Positions 48,147 through 61,465 of a DNA stretch of 64,000 nt are shown here, one piece after another. The stretch covers positions 92,747,989-92,811,988 of the forward strand of contig NC_057718.1 in assembly GCF_004010195.1 (NCBI RefSeq), given 5' to 3'. The notes under the pieces are model-generated. The model was not told the DNA's origin and did not search any database. It saw nothing but the letters and a program-made list of their open reading frames with translations. The stretch comes from Chiloscyllium plagiosum (taxonomy: Eukaryota). The position numbers and the translations under genes were made by a program. The first letter of the stretch is position 1. Every line of letters starts with the position of its first letter.

Positions 48147-48793
48147 TGTTATGGACTAGGCCAGTACATTCAAAACACTCTTAAGCAGTCAGCTCCAGAT
48201 TGTAACTTTGCAATTTTTTTCGTTAGGTGTACAGTGAAAATTACCTGGAGTAAGATAGCTAGGTTGACTACTAGATTTTAAAGCAGATAAAATATATATT
48301 CACAAAATTACACAATGAAACACAAATAACAGAATAAAGAACCCCTACAGAACTCAGTCTATCCAAACTAGACTTAATTATGCTGTTCTGAATATGCACA
48401 ACAGTCCCAATAAGTAAACTCCCTTTAAAACACAGTATAAATGGAGCACATGCTTACAGGATGAAGTTGAAGGGCAGAAAGAGTGAGAGAGAATTCCCAC
48501 ACAGCTCACTGTTGAACTTCTTGCCAGTTTAAAACTGAACTAAAACTGCTCAGCTCAGCTCGAGAGCTGACCACGCCCCTTTCTTTATACAAATCACTTC
48601 TAAAACACCTTGACCTGAAGTCTCATCTGTTTAGATATAAACAAAAGACCTCTCAAAATCCTTTTCATCTTTGTACCAAACCAGACTGATCGGAGCACGG
48701 TCCGGTTTATTGCCCCTCTGAAAAAAATTAAGGACAGAGTCTCCTTGAACCAAGGAACAGCTTTTAGAAAAAAAATGGACGAGTTTTGTGACA
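48147..48793 (-). repeat. 5' LTR (647 bp)
   Basis: Homologous to 38854-38981 + 43857-44374. Followed on - by TGGGGGCTC (48143-48135), the first 9 nt of a tRNA-Pro primer-binding site. Confidence 0.9.
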
Positions 48794-50059
48794 AAAGGAT
48801 AGTATAAGTTTGGAACTTGCTTCTGCAAATCAAACTGATACTACGTAAATAGTTAATTCTAAATCTAACAGAGAAAAGCTTTGAATGGCTAAATATTTTA
48901 AGTAATACAGGGAAAGTATAATATGTGGAATTCTATCACGGACTAGTCATGATCTCATTGAATGACAGGATCGGCTCAAGCACTGAAATGCTTCATGCCT
49001 GTTTTCATCTTGCTCCTGGAAATAACTACTCCAGGTAGGTATGCAAAGGTAAATCAGCAACTTTGAAACAAATGTTCATTTTTTGTTCGGTTACACCATA
49101 TAGTAATTGAATTATAAATGTACTCTTGCATTTGCAATGTGCTTTTCAATTCATAATGCATTTAACAAATGCATTTGTTTGCAATTTGTTATCCACTTTT
49201 TGCTGTTTTCTTCACATGATCTTGCGAAGTGGAACTTATTATAGATGGATCCTTAAAATCAGAAACACATTGGGTAGGCAGTGTCTCTGAGTCTTCTGGT
49301 GATCTGGGAGAGATTTGCCACTGTCTTAGTCCCAACAATCCCACACAATGAAGGACACATTAGTGCTCACAGAACAGATTCTTTCATTGAATTTGTGATT
49401 TATAACGCTAAGCTTATATTTAGCAAATCACAACAGTGACTCAGTGAGAGCGTGCTGGACCTATAACTAGCATTTCCTATAATTTTCTTTCCGGCTGCAT
49501 GGGGAACTTGGCAGTGACTTCTGAAACCGGAAGTCAGTGCCGCTATTGGCATGCCAAAGCTGTACATGGAGCTGCTACACATATAGTTTGAAGGGAACAT
49601 TGCTCAAAACCCAGTGATCAATTGAAGAAAGTCATTGCAATTTCCAATCTAGTTAACACTGGAAATACTGTCCATAACTGCATTTGAATTTTGGCCAGAA
49701 TATCTGGGTTCAAGTCCAGGATGCACCAAAAATATCTCACAACATGTCCAATATCTCACAAGGATTGAGTCAAAATACTTACATGGAAAGAGATGACTTC
49801 ATTCCTTGGTTAAGGGCTCTTGTGATGTAGTAGTAGTATCCTTACTCCTGTGCTACGTAGGCTGAGAATCAGGTCCCATCTGCTCCAGAGCTGTGCCATG
49901 ATATGCCTGAACAAAATATTTATAATGGGCAAAATTATGAACATATCTTTATGATTTGATCGGCTGCTGAACATTCTGAATATCACATTTACAATGTCAA
50001 CAGGTATCTATTGTGTTGCTGCTTGATTACAATCTGTGGATCTCTTACCAACTCTTGAC

Positions 50060-50452
50060 AAATAGCTGAGTTGGTGGCAGCCTCATTCAGGGTATGAGGC
50101 TGTGGGATCAAATACCATGGCTGGTATAAGCAATAATCTCAGCTGATACTTCAGTGATGGAGAGCTGCAATGTTGGATGCACCATATTTCAGTGAGATGA
50201 CAATAACTGATATCTTCAAAGATTTTAACATTCTTGGCCAACAGAACTCCCAGAACAAAATTGCCAAAAAAAAATGGATTATTTGATCATTATCATACAC
50301 TCAGTGCCTGGCAAATCTGAGTATCTGCCATTTGTTTTCAGCTTTGCACATTTAAAAGACTTATAACATTTCCAAAATACCACTTGGGCTGTAAGATGTA
50401 ATGCAACACTGTGAGGCTGTGAAAGGTTCTATTTAAATGCAATTCTTTCTTA
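50060..50452 (+). mobile_element. DeuSINE-like SINE, diverged
   Basis: Tail tgaggctgtgaaaggttctatttaaatgcaattctttctt; body similar to 2360-2745. Confidence 0.6.
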
Positions 50453-50800
50453 TAAATTATGAGGGCCATGGATAAGGTGAATAGTCAATGTCTTTTTCCC
50501 AGTGTAGGGGGAGTCCAAACTAGAGCACATAGGTTTAATGTGAGAGGGAAAAGATTTAAAAGGGACTTGGGTAACATTTTCATGCAGAGGGTAGTGCGTG
50601 CATGGGATGAGCTGCCAGAGGAGGAGGTGGAGGCTGGTGCAATTACAACATTTAAAAGGAATCTGCGTGGGTACATGAATAGGAAGGATTTAGAGGGATA
50701 TGGTCCAAGTGCTGGCAAATGGGGCTAGGTTAATCAAGGATATCTGGTCAGCATGAATGAGGTGGACCAAAGGGTCTGTACATATCTATGATTCTATGAC
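50452..50800 (+). mobile_element. CR1 3' fragment
   Basis: ORF 50459-50728 (TRAHRF..QRVVRAWDELP..GYGP) is the ORF2 C-terminus. Confidence 0.88.
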
Positions 50801-51089
50801 TAAAAACAGCCTTGTTGCTTAGATACAATGAGCACACTCTGCCTTAGCATATTTATACGTGAGATCAGTTTTGACCTTTCTGTGTTTGACCAGTGGATCA
50901 ATTACTAATGGGGAAGACATGGCCACAATTTTTCAGCACCAGTTCCATTAACTTGATAAACGTCAATAATTGAGACCACATGATATGGGCAATGCACATG
51001 CAAGTGAGGTAACCTTGCCACAAACAAATTTCCAGGTTTACTTCATCAGGTCTCCTTGGTTCCATCATTTGTGGATTTGGTTGGAATGT

Positions 51090-52618
51090 ACACTTATGTG
51101 AGGAATAAGAGAATGGTCAAAGAAAGAGTAGGGCCGATCAGGGATAGCATAGGGAATTTGTGTGTGGAGTCTGAGGAGGTAGGGGAAGCCCTAAATGAGT
51201 CTTTTGCTTCTGTCTTTACGAAAGAAACAAACTTTGTAGTGAATGAAACCTTTGAAGAGCAGGTGTGCATGCTGGAATGGATAGAGATAGAGGAAGTTGG
51301 TGTGCTGAAAATTTTGTCAAACATTAAGATTGACAAGTCGCCAGGCCTGGACCAGATTTGTCCTCGGCTGCTTTGGGAAACGAGAAATNNNNNNNNNNNN
51401 NNNNNNNNNNNNNNNNNNNNNNNNNNNNNNNNNNNNNNNNNNNNNNNNNNNNNNNNNNNNNNNNNNNNNNNNNNNNNNNNNNNNNNNNNNNNNNNNNNNN
51501 NNNNNNNNNNNNNNNNNNNNNNNNNNNNNNNNNNNNNNNNNNNNNNNNNNNNNNNNNNNNNNNNNNNNNNNNNNNNNNNNNNNNNNNNNNNNNNNNNNNN
51601 NNNNNNNNNNNNNNNNNNNNNNNNNNNNNNNNNNNNNNNNNNNNNNNNNNNNNNNNNNNNNNNNNNNNNNNNNNNNNNNNNNNNNNNNNNNNNNNNNNNN
51701 NNNNNNNNNNNNNNNNNNNNNNNNNNNNNNNNNNNNNNNNNNNNNNNNNNNNNNNNNNNNNNNNNNNNNNNNNNNNNNNNNNNNNNNNNNNNNNNNNNNN
51801 NNNNNNNNNNNNNNNNNNNNNNNNNNNNNNNNNNNNNNNNNNNNNNNNNNNNNNNNNNNNNNNNNNNNNNNNNNNNNNNNNNNNNNNNNNNNNNNNNNNN
51901 NNNNNNNNNNNNNNNNNNNNNNNNNNNNNNNNNNNNNNNNNNNNNNNNNNNNNNNNNNNNNNNNNNNNNNNNNNNNNNNNNNNNNNNNNNNNNNNNNNNN
52001 NNNNNNNNNNNNNNNNNNNNNNNNNNNNNNNNNNNNNNNNNNNNNNNNNNNNNNNNNNNNNNNNNNNNNNNNNNNNNNNNNNNNNNNNNNNNNNNNNNNN
52101 NNNNNNNNNNNNNNNNNNNNNNNNNNNNNNNNNNNNNNNNNNNNNNNNNNNNNNNNNNNNNNNNNNNNNNNNNNNNNNNNNNNNNNNNNNNNNNNNNNNN
52201 NNNNNNNNNNNNNNNNNNNNNNNNNNNNNNNNNNNNNNNNNNNNNNNNNNNNNNNNNNNNNNNNNNNNNNNNNNNNNNNNNNNNNNNNNNNNNNNNNNNN
52301 NNNNNNNNNNNNNNNNNNNNNNNNNNNNNNNNNNNNNNNNNNNNNNNNNNNNNNNNNNNNGTCATAGTTTTAAACTCTTTGGAGGAAAGTATAGATGGGA
52401 TGTCAGAGGCGGGTTCTTTACACAGAGAGTTGTGAGAGCATGGAATGCGTTGCCAGCAGCAGTTGTAGAAGCAAGGTCATTGGGGACATTTAAGAGACTA
52501 CTGGACATGCATATGGTCACAGAAATTTGAGGGTGCATACATGAGGATCGGTGGTTGGCACAACATTGTGGGCTGAAGGGCCTGTTCTGTGCTGTACTGT
52601 TCTATGTTCTATGTTCTA
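51090..52618 (+). mobile_element. CR1 LINE spanning an assembly gap
   Basis: LNESFASVFT..IDKSPGLDQI before the gap; FFTQRVVRAWNALP and a (TTCTATG)n tail after it. Confidence 0.8.
51389..52360. other. Assembly gap
   Basis: Run of N. Confidence 1.
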
Positions 52619-52659
52619 ATGCTCTGACTAGTTTGAACCTAAAATGGTAAATGATGTTT

Positions 52660-53262
52660 GAGGACGTTGCTGCAGGAGTTCCTCAGGCTAGAGAATAGAT
52701 CCAAGCATCTTCAGCTGCTTCATTAATGACTGACTTGCCATCATAATTTTGGAATTGTGGACTACACTGACGTTTGCACAACATTCAATGTCATATCTTC
52801 AGAAACCGAAGCAGTCTATGTTAATACCAGAATTACCTGGTCAACATTAAGGCTTGAGTTGATAAGTGGCAAGTAATATTTACACCACATAGTGTCAGGC
52901 AATCAACATCTTCAATCAGCAAGAACCTAACCAGCCCTCCTTGATTGCCATTGGTATTGCCATCACTGATATCTCTAGTATAAATAGCCTGGGTCGGAGG
53001 TTTTACAATTGACCAGAAAGTGAACTGGGCCAACCTGAATAAATACTGTCGCTACAAGGAGGAATTGTAATTCTGATGTGAGTATGGATGGTGCATCTTC
53101 AACATGCTCAAGAACTCCCTTCCTTTCTGCACTATGGCTGTACTTACTCAAGATGGACTACAGTGGTTCAAGAAAGTCATTCAACACCACCTTCTCAAGG
53201 GCAATTAGGGATGGGCAGCCAATGCTGGTCTCATCAGCATTGCCCACTTCATGTAAAAAGAA
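52660..53262 (+). mobile_element. Fragmented copy of the 2755-5700 LINE family, including an RT remnant
   Basis: GVPQ..IFSCFIND RT remnant and the shared tail ggttcaagaa..gggcaattagggatgggc. Confidence 0.7.
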
Positions 53263-53577
53263 TGGAAATGAAGGATTCAATTTTACCTGTTGAAGGGTGC
53301 TGCTGACTAAGATAAGACTGATTTTTTATCTTTCAACTTTAAACACCTATCAAATGTTGCTGACATTTTTGTCAATGCAGGCGCAACGCGAAGCCCATCT
53401 ACACCATTATCATCATATTGAGAACAGGTGAATGAAGTTGAAAGTAACCCTGATATTTTCCATGAATAAAATTAACATTGAAAATAGTTACAGGCTAGGA
53501 CTTAAGCGTGCAAAAAGAGCAAGGTTGTCAGTTCTTAATACTACAATGAAATAATTTTGACTGGGATGTATAACTGC

Positions 53578-55340
53578 ATAGAGTCACAGAATCATGCAGT
53601 ATGGGAATAGACCTTCGGTCTAACTTGTCCATGCCAACCAAGTTTCCCAAACTAAACTAGTCCCACTTGCCTGCAATTGGCCCATAACCTCTCTAAACCG
53701 TTCCTATTCATCTATTTTTTGAAATGTTTCATAAATGTTGTAACTATACCTGCACCTCTGGCAGTTCATTCTAGATATGAACCACCCTTTGAGTGAAAAA
53801 GTGGTCTCTCAGGTGCCTGTTAAATCTTTCTCCTCTCGCTTAAAAATATGACCCCTACTTTGAATCCCCACCTTAATGAAAATAGTTTTCTGATTCACCT
53901 TATCTATGCCCCTCATAATTTTCTAAACCCCTATAAAGTCCTTTATAAATTCCACAAACTTCTCCACCCATCAATCTTCTACACTCCAGTGAAAAAGGTC
54001 CCAGCCTATCCAGCCTCTCTTTATAACTCAAACCCTCCATTCTTGGCAACATCCTGGCAAATCTCTTCTGAACTCTTTCCAATTTAATAATATCCTTCCT
54101 ACAGGGTAACCAGAAGTGTAACAGTACTCCAAAAGTTGCCTCATTAAAGTCCTGTACAACCTCAACATGACGCTCAAACTCCTATAGTCCATGGTCTGAA
54201 CAATGAAGGCAAATGTGCTTCTTAATCACTCTGTCTACCTATGACGCAACTTTCAAAGAACAATGTACCTGAATCCCAAGGTTTCTCTGTTCAACAACAC
54301 TACCCAGGGTCCTACCATTAACTATATAAATCCTGCAAACTTCCTAATCATGCCTCCTAAATGCTCATCCAAATCGTTTATATACATGAAAGCAAATCTA
54401 GACCCAGCAATCCCTGTGAAACACCACTGGTCATAGGCTACCAGTCCGAAAAGTAACCCCCCACCATCCCCCTCTAATTCCTATCGTCAAGCCAATTTTG
54501 TATCCAACTGGCAGGCTCTCCCTGAATCCCATGCGATCTAACTTTACTAATTAGTCTATCATGTGGAACCTTGTCAGAAGCTTTACTAAAGTCCATCTAG
54601 ACAGTATCTACTGCTCTACCCTCATCAGTCCTTTTGGTTATGTCCTCAAAAAACTCAATAAAGTTTGTGAGACAAGAATTCCCATGCACAAAGCCATGCT
54701 GACTACTACTAATCAGTCCTTGCCTCTCCAAATGCATGTAAACCTTATCTCTCAGAATCATCTCCAACAACTGATGCTAGACTCACCAGTCTATAGTTCC
54801 CAGGCTTCTCCTTATAGCCTTTCTTAAATAAAGGCAAAACATCAGCCACCGTGCAGTCCTCTGGCACCTCACTGTAGATGATACGAATATCTCTGCTAGA
54901 AACCCCACAATGTTTTTCCTAATTTCTCACCATTGTCCTGAAGATTGATCCACCTTTATATTTCTTAAGACTTCCAGCTCTTCTATTTCTGTAATGTGGA
55001 CTTTTTCACGACATCAGTATTTATTTCCCCAAGTTGCCTCGCCACCACTTCTTTCTCCACAGTGAAAACTGATATAAAATATTATTTTAGTATTTCTCCC
55101 ATGTCCTATGGTTCCACATATAGATAACCCCATTGATCTTTAATTGGCCCTAGTCTCTCCTTAGTTGCTCTTTTGCTATTAATGTATTTGTAGAATGTCT
55201 TTTTCTTAACCTTATCTGCCAAGGCTATCTTATATTCTTTTCTTGCCCTCCAGATTTCCCTCTTAAGAATGCCCCCACACCCCTTATACTTTTCAAGATA
55301 TTCATTAGATCCCAGTTGTCTTTAGCTAATATACAATTCC
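53578..55340 (-). mobile_element. Degenerate CR1 ORF2 3' half
   Basis: ERVQKRFARMLP..LSYKERL and further RT remnants, with many deletions. Confidence 0.85.
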
Positions 55341-55814
55341 TTCTTTGTATCTTTGGAGTTAGATCGGAAGCTGCTGTCAGAAAAACCTCATTCCCCCAAA
55401 AAGGAATGCTGCAAAGCTCCTTGCTGATAGAGATGGCACTGAAATACATTTAGGATATGAAGTTAGAATATTCTCTGCTTAAAGTGACAGAAAATAGTGC
55501 ATGCAGAAAAGAGTAAATTTGTAACAACATGGTGAGATGTAGCTAGTGTTCTTCTGTGGCTTAAAAAAATTGTATGTGTAGAACCTTATTCTTTCTGAAG
55601 TATGTTCACTTTGAATCTTATCTCTTTTATCCCACCACATCTTAAGCTTGCCTGTATTTCCCAATCTTTGTTTTCACCTTTTGTAATCTAATTTGTGATT
55701 CCTGCTTAATTTTTCCTGACTTAGAACTTGCATGGCTCAGTAAAATTTCTTCAGTTTGCTTGTTACACCTTTGCTTGCCATATTCACACATACCAGGGTT
55801 GCCAGGCAGAGGAG

Positions 55815-56200
55815 GAATTTCTTCACACTCGGCAGTGTTAATCTTTAGAACTCTCTAACCTAGAGAGTCATGGAGGATGGATGATTGAATATTATCAAGC
55901 CTGAGTGAGACAGTGTTTCGACTGATAAGGGAGTTAGAGTCATAGAGATGTACAGCATGGAACCAGACCCTTCGGTCCAACCCGTCCATGCCGACCAGAT
56001 ATCCCAACCCAATCTAGTCCCACCTGCCAGCACCCGGCCCATATCCCTCCAAACCCTTCCTGTTCCTTGACCCATCCAAATGTTTGGGATTACAGGGCTC
56101 AGATTGGAAAGTGGATTTAAAGCCACAATGACCTGAATAAATGGCAGGGCAGGTTTTAGCCACCAAATAGCTTACTCTTGCTCCTATTTCATGTTTTCTT
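55815..56200. mobile_element. Old CR1 3' end (+) with a younger CR1 tail (55935-56080, -) nested in it
   Basis: The inner piece is nearly identical to 13995-14140; the outer pieces resemble a CR1 terminus. Confidence 0.7.
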
Positions 56201-56301
56201 ACTCTCTTATTTGTTGCATTATGCCACAGATCAGTGGAAGAGTCTGCTCCAAATTCCAAGAAAACATAGTAGGTAGTCATTAGCGAGGGGAACAGTGAAT
56301 T

Positions 56302-56640
56302 TTAAAAAAATATTCACAGGATGAAGGCATCACTGGTTGGCCCAGCATATACTGCTGAAAGGACAGTTAAGTGTCAACTGCATTGCTGTAAGTCTGGAGT
56401 ACATGTAGGCCAGACCAGGTATGGATGGCAGTTTCCTTCCTTAAAGGATATTAATGAACCAGATGGTTTTTCCTTGACAATGGATTTGTGGTCATCGTTA
56501 ATCTCTTAATTCCAGATGTTTGCTGAATTCAAATTCTATCATGCCCACCATAGCAGGATTTGAGCACAGGTCCCCAGAATGTTTTCTAGGTCTTTGGGTT
56601 AACAGTCCAGCTATAATACGACTGGACCATCCCCTCCCCT
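56302..56640 (-). mobile_element. tRNA-derived SINE of the 11858/2755 family
   Basis: Reverse complement matches head, body and tail (ggccagaccagg, gaaccagatgg, ggtccccagaa). Confidence 0.8.
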
Positions 56641-59131
56641 TTGAACAGCATTCCTTTTCTACTGATCAACAAACCTGGCCTATAATGTTTAAATGAAGTG
56701 AGTTTATTTTAAATTACGTCAAATGAAATTGGATGCTTACATTTTCTGGTGCTTTTATTTTGAAAACAGCCAAATTAAAGAATGCCGCATGGTATTGGAA
56801 AAGCTGCCAATCAAAGCAAGTGTCATTAACTTACAAACAGAGAATTATACCATCATTAGTTCAGCACTAGAAACCTAGATTAGACTAGCTTCTTATCGTA
56901 CGTTACACATAAACTAGACTCAAATCTCACAAGTGATTTCTTTCTTCTATCTAGCACAACATCACATATATTTCTCTCTATATATTCTATAATTTTCTTT
57001 TAGCACTCAGAGGCACTTAAGCTGTATATAGAGAATTCTTTCTCAAGGTTTCCTCTTGTGCTCTAAAAGTACCAGGCATTAACCGTTCAGCTGTGGAATG
57101 AAGCAGGGAGTCAAGAGAAATCACTTTCACTGTTGAGGTAAGTATCTTTGCGTGCTGCAATCATTTTTTTAACCAAGTCGTTTGCTTCACAATCAAAAGA
57201 GATTTACCATGGAAACTGTTGGACTGAATGCATTCCTGCCACCTGTCTACTCACGAAGACTGTTGGGAAACAGGTAATGGATAGAAAATAAAATATAAGA
57301 GGATTCATAGAAATAAATAAATCTCTGGCAAATGAGGCCATTCAGTCTATCACACCTGGGTTGGACCTGAGAAAGAATGATTGCTTCATCCTATAAGATC
57401 CCCCATCTTTGAGCACACATTGAAAATTACGATTGGAATCAGTGTCTCCCACTTATCAGATAGAATATTCCAGATCCCAACAAATAGTTGAAAAAGAAAT
57501 CATGTCACTGCCTGCCTAGATCTTTGCCAATGATGCTAAACTGATGACCCCTGACTATTAACTAACTCTGTTGATGCAATAGGATTGTCCTCTTACCTTA
57601 AATTATGTCCTTTCATTGTTATTTCATTTTAATGTGGATACCAGAAGTTACAATAACTTAGTGATGGATTTGAGCATTGTGACCCTGGAAGGCAGACACC
57701 AGTGACCACATCACTTTATTTGAAACAGATACCATGGCTGTACGTGATTCATAATAGCAGCGCTAATATGCCTAAGTGATTCTAAGCTCATTCAATGTAT
57801 TTTACTTCATGGATTGTTGAAGGGAATTAATGAAAACATCACATTACAGTCTGACACAAATTAAGCACTTTCATTATGATTAATGCACACATTATCTTAT
57901 GTGTATGGTATTGTTTTGCATCTTTTTAGCTCCACTTGCTTCAATTGCCTCATGCACACAGTCAAGAATTATAGTTCCTTCTTACAATTTTATCAGGGAG
58001 GCATTAAAAGTTAGTTCTTTAATGGTGCACTAATGTGATGAAACATTGTTGCACAGTACGAATCAATAAAACATTTGATACAGCAGTGGCTTCTTTATAT
58101 GTGACATCTCAGATTACTCCATATGGATGATAAAAATACTCAAACTGAGCTGGTATTAGCAGACACTGAAAATGAGGCCTCTATATTGCATTGTTACCCT
58201 AACAGTTACCCTGCTGTGGCCATGGAACTTAATCAAGTGGGTGGAGCATCTTTGCCACATTGCAGCATTTTTAGACTTTACATTCATTGTGCTCAGAGCA
58301 ATTGTGATGGTCGTTAATAAGGCCAAGAAGAAATGAACTTTAATGTTCCTAACATTGTTAAGATAATTAAAATAATTTCCGTTTGAAAATCAGACTGCGC
58401 TTTATCCTTGAATAACTGTAAAACTTGTGACAGATCGTGCTATTAAAAAATTAATAGCTTTTATTATTGTCAATATTCAGGCTCATGGATGGAATTGTTC
58501 AACCAGATGGATGTGAGTATGGAACTTAATTATTCTGCAGGTATAATGAAATGCAGCTTCTGAGAATTTCAGGCTCCCAGTCTGTCCATGCAGCCAATCA
58601 ATGTGGTTGTTATTGGCTTGTACAGACCTTATGTTCATGAGTGAAGATTTATAATCTGAAAGAGCAAGAAAGTGACTTGGAAGCAAGTTTGCAATAAGTA
58701 AATAAATAAATAAATAAAAACAACCTATTCCTGCGCTACAAACTCTGCCTATCCATGGTGGGAATATAGGGGAAGAATGGATGATCTCCCTTCCACCCCA
58801 CCCCCTCCATCAAATTGAGCTAAACGTCTGTTGTCACCATGTCGACAATGGCCACGCATGAATATTCGACATTTGAGAGCCACTTGCCAGCCGTATTATC
58901 CTGCACCAGAAAACAGTAATGGTCAATGCTGGGATTACAGGCAGACTCATGGAAGATATTTTCCTGATATACATCTCTATATTATGGTCGGCAGAGATTG
59001 GAAACTCTAGTGAGTCAGGATGGATAGTGGATTTGGTTGATTCGCCATTATCCACACTGCTTATCACATCCTCAAAACACTCTCATTAACTTGCAAAGTA
59101 TAGTTTCCGTTCATTAAATCACATTCATTCT

Positions 59132-59222
59132 CTGATGAAGAGTCATCTAGACTCGAAACATTAGCTTGCTCTCTATGGATGCTGCCTGACCCGCTGTGAT
59201 CTCCAGCATTTTTTGCTTTCAC
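59132..59222 (+). mobile_element. Penelope-type fragment starting exactly at a hammerhead core
   Basis: CTGATGA-A-GAGTC-ATCTA-GACTC-GAAA-CATTA. 12-bp TSD CACATTCATTCT at 59120-59131 and 59223-59234. Confidence 0.78.
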
Positions 59223-59371
59223 CACATTCATTCTGTTTGTTTATAACATTTCAACCTAAGTGAATCTACAATCAAAAATACAGAAAAAGACAAAGATAAA
59301 GTCTTTACATACCCTCCTTAAACTTCTTTAGTTAGCCAGAGATGGTTCATCTTTTTAGTAGAGCATACATT

Positions 59372-61465
59372 TAGAGTCATAGAGTCATAGAGATGTATAG
59401 CATGGAAACAGACCCTTCGGTCCAACCCGTCCATGCCGACCAGATATCCCAACCCAATCTAGTTCCACCTGCCAGCACCTGGCCCATATCCCTCCACACC
59501 CTTCATATTCATATACCCATCTAAATGCCTCTTAAATGTTGCAATTGTACCAGCCTCCACCACTTCCTCTGGCAGCTTATTCCATACACGAACCACCCTT
59601 CGTGTGAAAACGTTGCCCCTTAGGTCTCTTTTATATCTTTCCCCTCTCACCCTAAACCTATGCCCTCTAGTTCTGGACTCCCCACCCCCAGGGAAAAGAC
59701 TTTGTCTATTTATCCTATCCATGCCCCTCATAATTTTGTAAACCTCTATAAGGTCACCCCTCAGCTTCTGACGCTTCAGGGAAAACAACCCCAGCCTGTT
59801 CAGCCTCTCCCTATAGTTCAAATCCTCCAACCGTGGCAACATCCTTGTAAATCTTCTCTGAACCCTTTCAAGTTTCACAACATCTTTCCAATAGGAAGGA
59901 GACCAGAATTGCANNNNNNNNNNNNNNNNNNNNNNNNNNNNNNNNNNNNNNNNNNNNNNNNNNNNNNNNNNNNNNNNNNNNNNNNNNNNNNNNNNNNNNN
60001 NNNNNNNNNNNNNNNNNNNNNNNNNNNNNNNNNNNNNNNNNNNNNNNNNNNNNNNNNNNNNNNNNNNNNNNNNNNNNNNNNNNNNNNNNNNNNNNNNNNN
60101 NNNNNNNNNNNNNNNNNNNNNNNNNNNNNNNNNNNNNNNNNNNNNNNNNNNNNNNNNNNNNNNNNNNNNNNNNNNNNNNNNNNNNNNNNNNNNNNNNNNN
60201 NNNNNNNNNNNNNNNNNNNNNNNNNNNNNNNNNNNNNNNNNNNNNNNNNNNNNNNNNNNNNNNNNNNNNNNNNNNNNNNNNNNNNNNNNNNNNNNNNNNN
60301 NNNNNNNNNNNNNNNNNNNNNNNNNNNNNNNNNNNNNNNNNNNNNNNNNNNNNNNNNNNNNNNNNNNNNNNNNNNNNNNNNNNNNNNNNNNNNNNNNNNN
60401 NNNNNNNNNNNNNNNNNNNNNNNNNNNNNNNNNNNNNNNNNNNNNNNNNNNNNNNNNNNNNNNNNNNNNNNNNNNNNNNNNNNNNNNNNNNNNNNNNNNN
60501 NNNNNNNNNNNNNNNNNNNNNNNNNNNNNNNNNNNNNNNNNNNNNNNNNNNNNNNNNNNNNNNNNNNNNNNNNNNNNNNNNNNNNNNNNNNNNNNNNNNN
60601 NNNNNNNNNNNNNNNNNNNNNNNNNNNNNNNNNNNNNNNNNNNNNNNNNNNNNNNNNNNNNNNNNNNNNNNNNNNNNNNNNNNNNNNNNNNNNNNNNNNN
60701 NNNNNNNNNNNNNNNNNNNNNNNNNNNNNNNNNNNNNNNNNNNNNNNNNNNNNNNNNNNNNNNNNNNNNNNNNNNNNNNNCGTTTCAAGACATCCAGCAC
60801 TTCCTCATCTGTAATATGGACAAGATGTCACCATCTATTTCCCTACAGTCTATATCTTCCATATCCTTTTCCACACTAAATACTGATGCAAAATACTCAT
60901 TTAGTATCTCCCCCATTTTCTGCGGCTTCACACAAAGGCCGCCTTGCTGACCTTTGAGAGGCCCTATTCTCTCCCTAGTTACCCGTTTGTCCTTAATGTA
61001 TTTGTAAAAACCTTTGGATTCTCCTTAGTTCTATTTTCCAAAGTTGTCCCTTTTTGCCCTCCTGATTTCCCTCTTAAGTATACTCCTACTTTCTTCATAT
61101 TCTTCTCAGGATTCACTCGATCTATCCTGTCTATACCTTACATATGCTTCCTTCTTTTTCTTAACCAAACCCTCAATTTCTTTAGTCATTCATCATTCCC
61201 TATACCTACCAGCCTTTCCTTTCACCCTGACTGGAATATACTTTCTCTGGATTCTCGTTATGTCATTTCTGAAGGCTTCCCATTTTCCAGCTGTCCCTTT
61301 ACCTGCGAAAATCTGCCCCCCAATCAGCTTTCAAAAGTTCTTGCCTAATACCGTCAAAATTGGCCTTTCTCCAACTTAGAACTTCAACTTTTAGGTCTGG
61401 TCTATCCTTTAAATCCAATAGAATTATGGTCGCTGGCCTCAAAGTGCTCCCCCACTGACACCTCA
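59372..61465 (-). mobile_element. CR1 (HER1-like) LINE spanning an assembly gap
   Basis: ORF 59459-59878 is the ORF2 C-terminus; 60781-61465 is the APE-linker region; (CTATGACT)n tail. Confidence 0.88.
59914..60780. other. Assembly gap
   Basis: Run of N. Confidence 1.

Larger units (their letters stand above)
38854..48793 (-). mobile_element. Gypsy (Gmr1-like) LTR retrotransposon, degenerate, with nested insertions
   Basis: Paired LTRs with TG..CA ends, 4-bp TSD AAAG (38850-38853, 48794-48797), PBS and PPT, and gag/protease/integrase remnants. Confidence 0.9.

Noticed and set aside
49515..49537. Small inverted repeat around an ETS motif (TGACTTC..CCGGAAGTCA)
   Set aside because: Isolated and short; cannot be distinguished from chance or an old repeat remnant.
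51056..52530. Long ORFs of 345-459 aa
   Set aside because: Artefacts of translating through an N gap.
59660..60814. ORFs of 310-384 aa
   Set aside because: Artefacts of the N gap.
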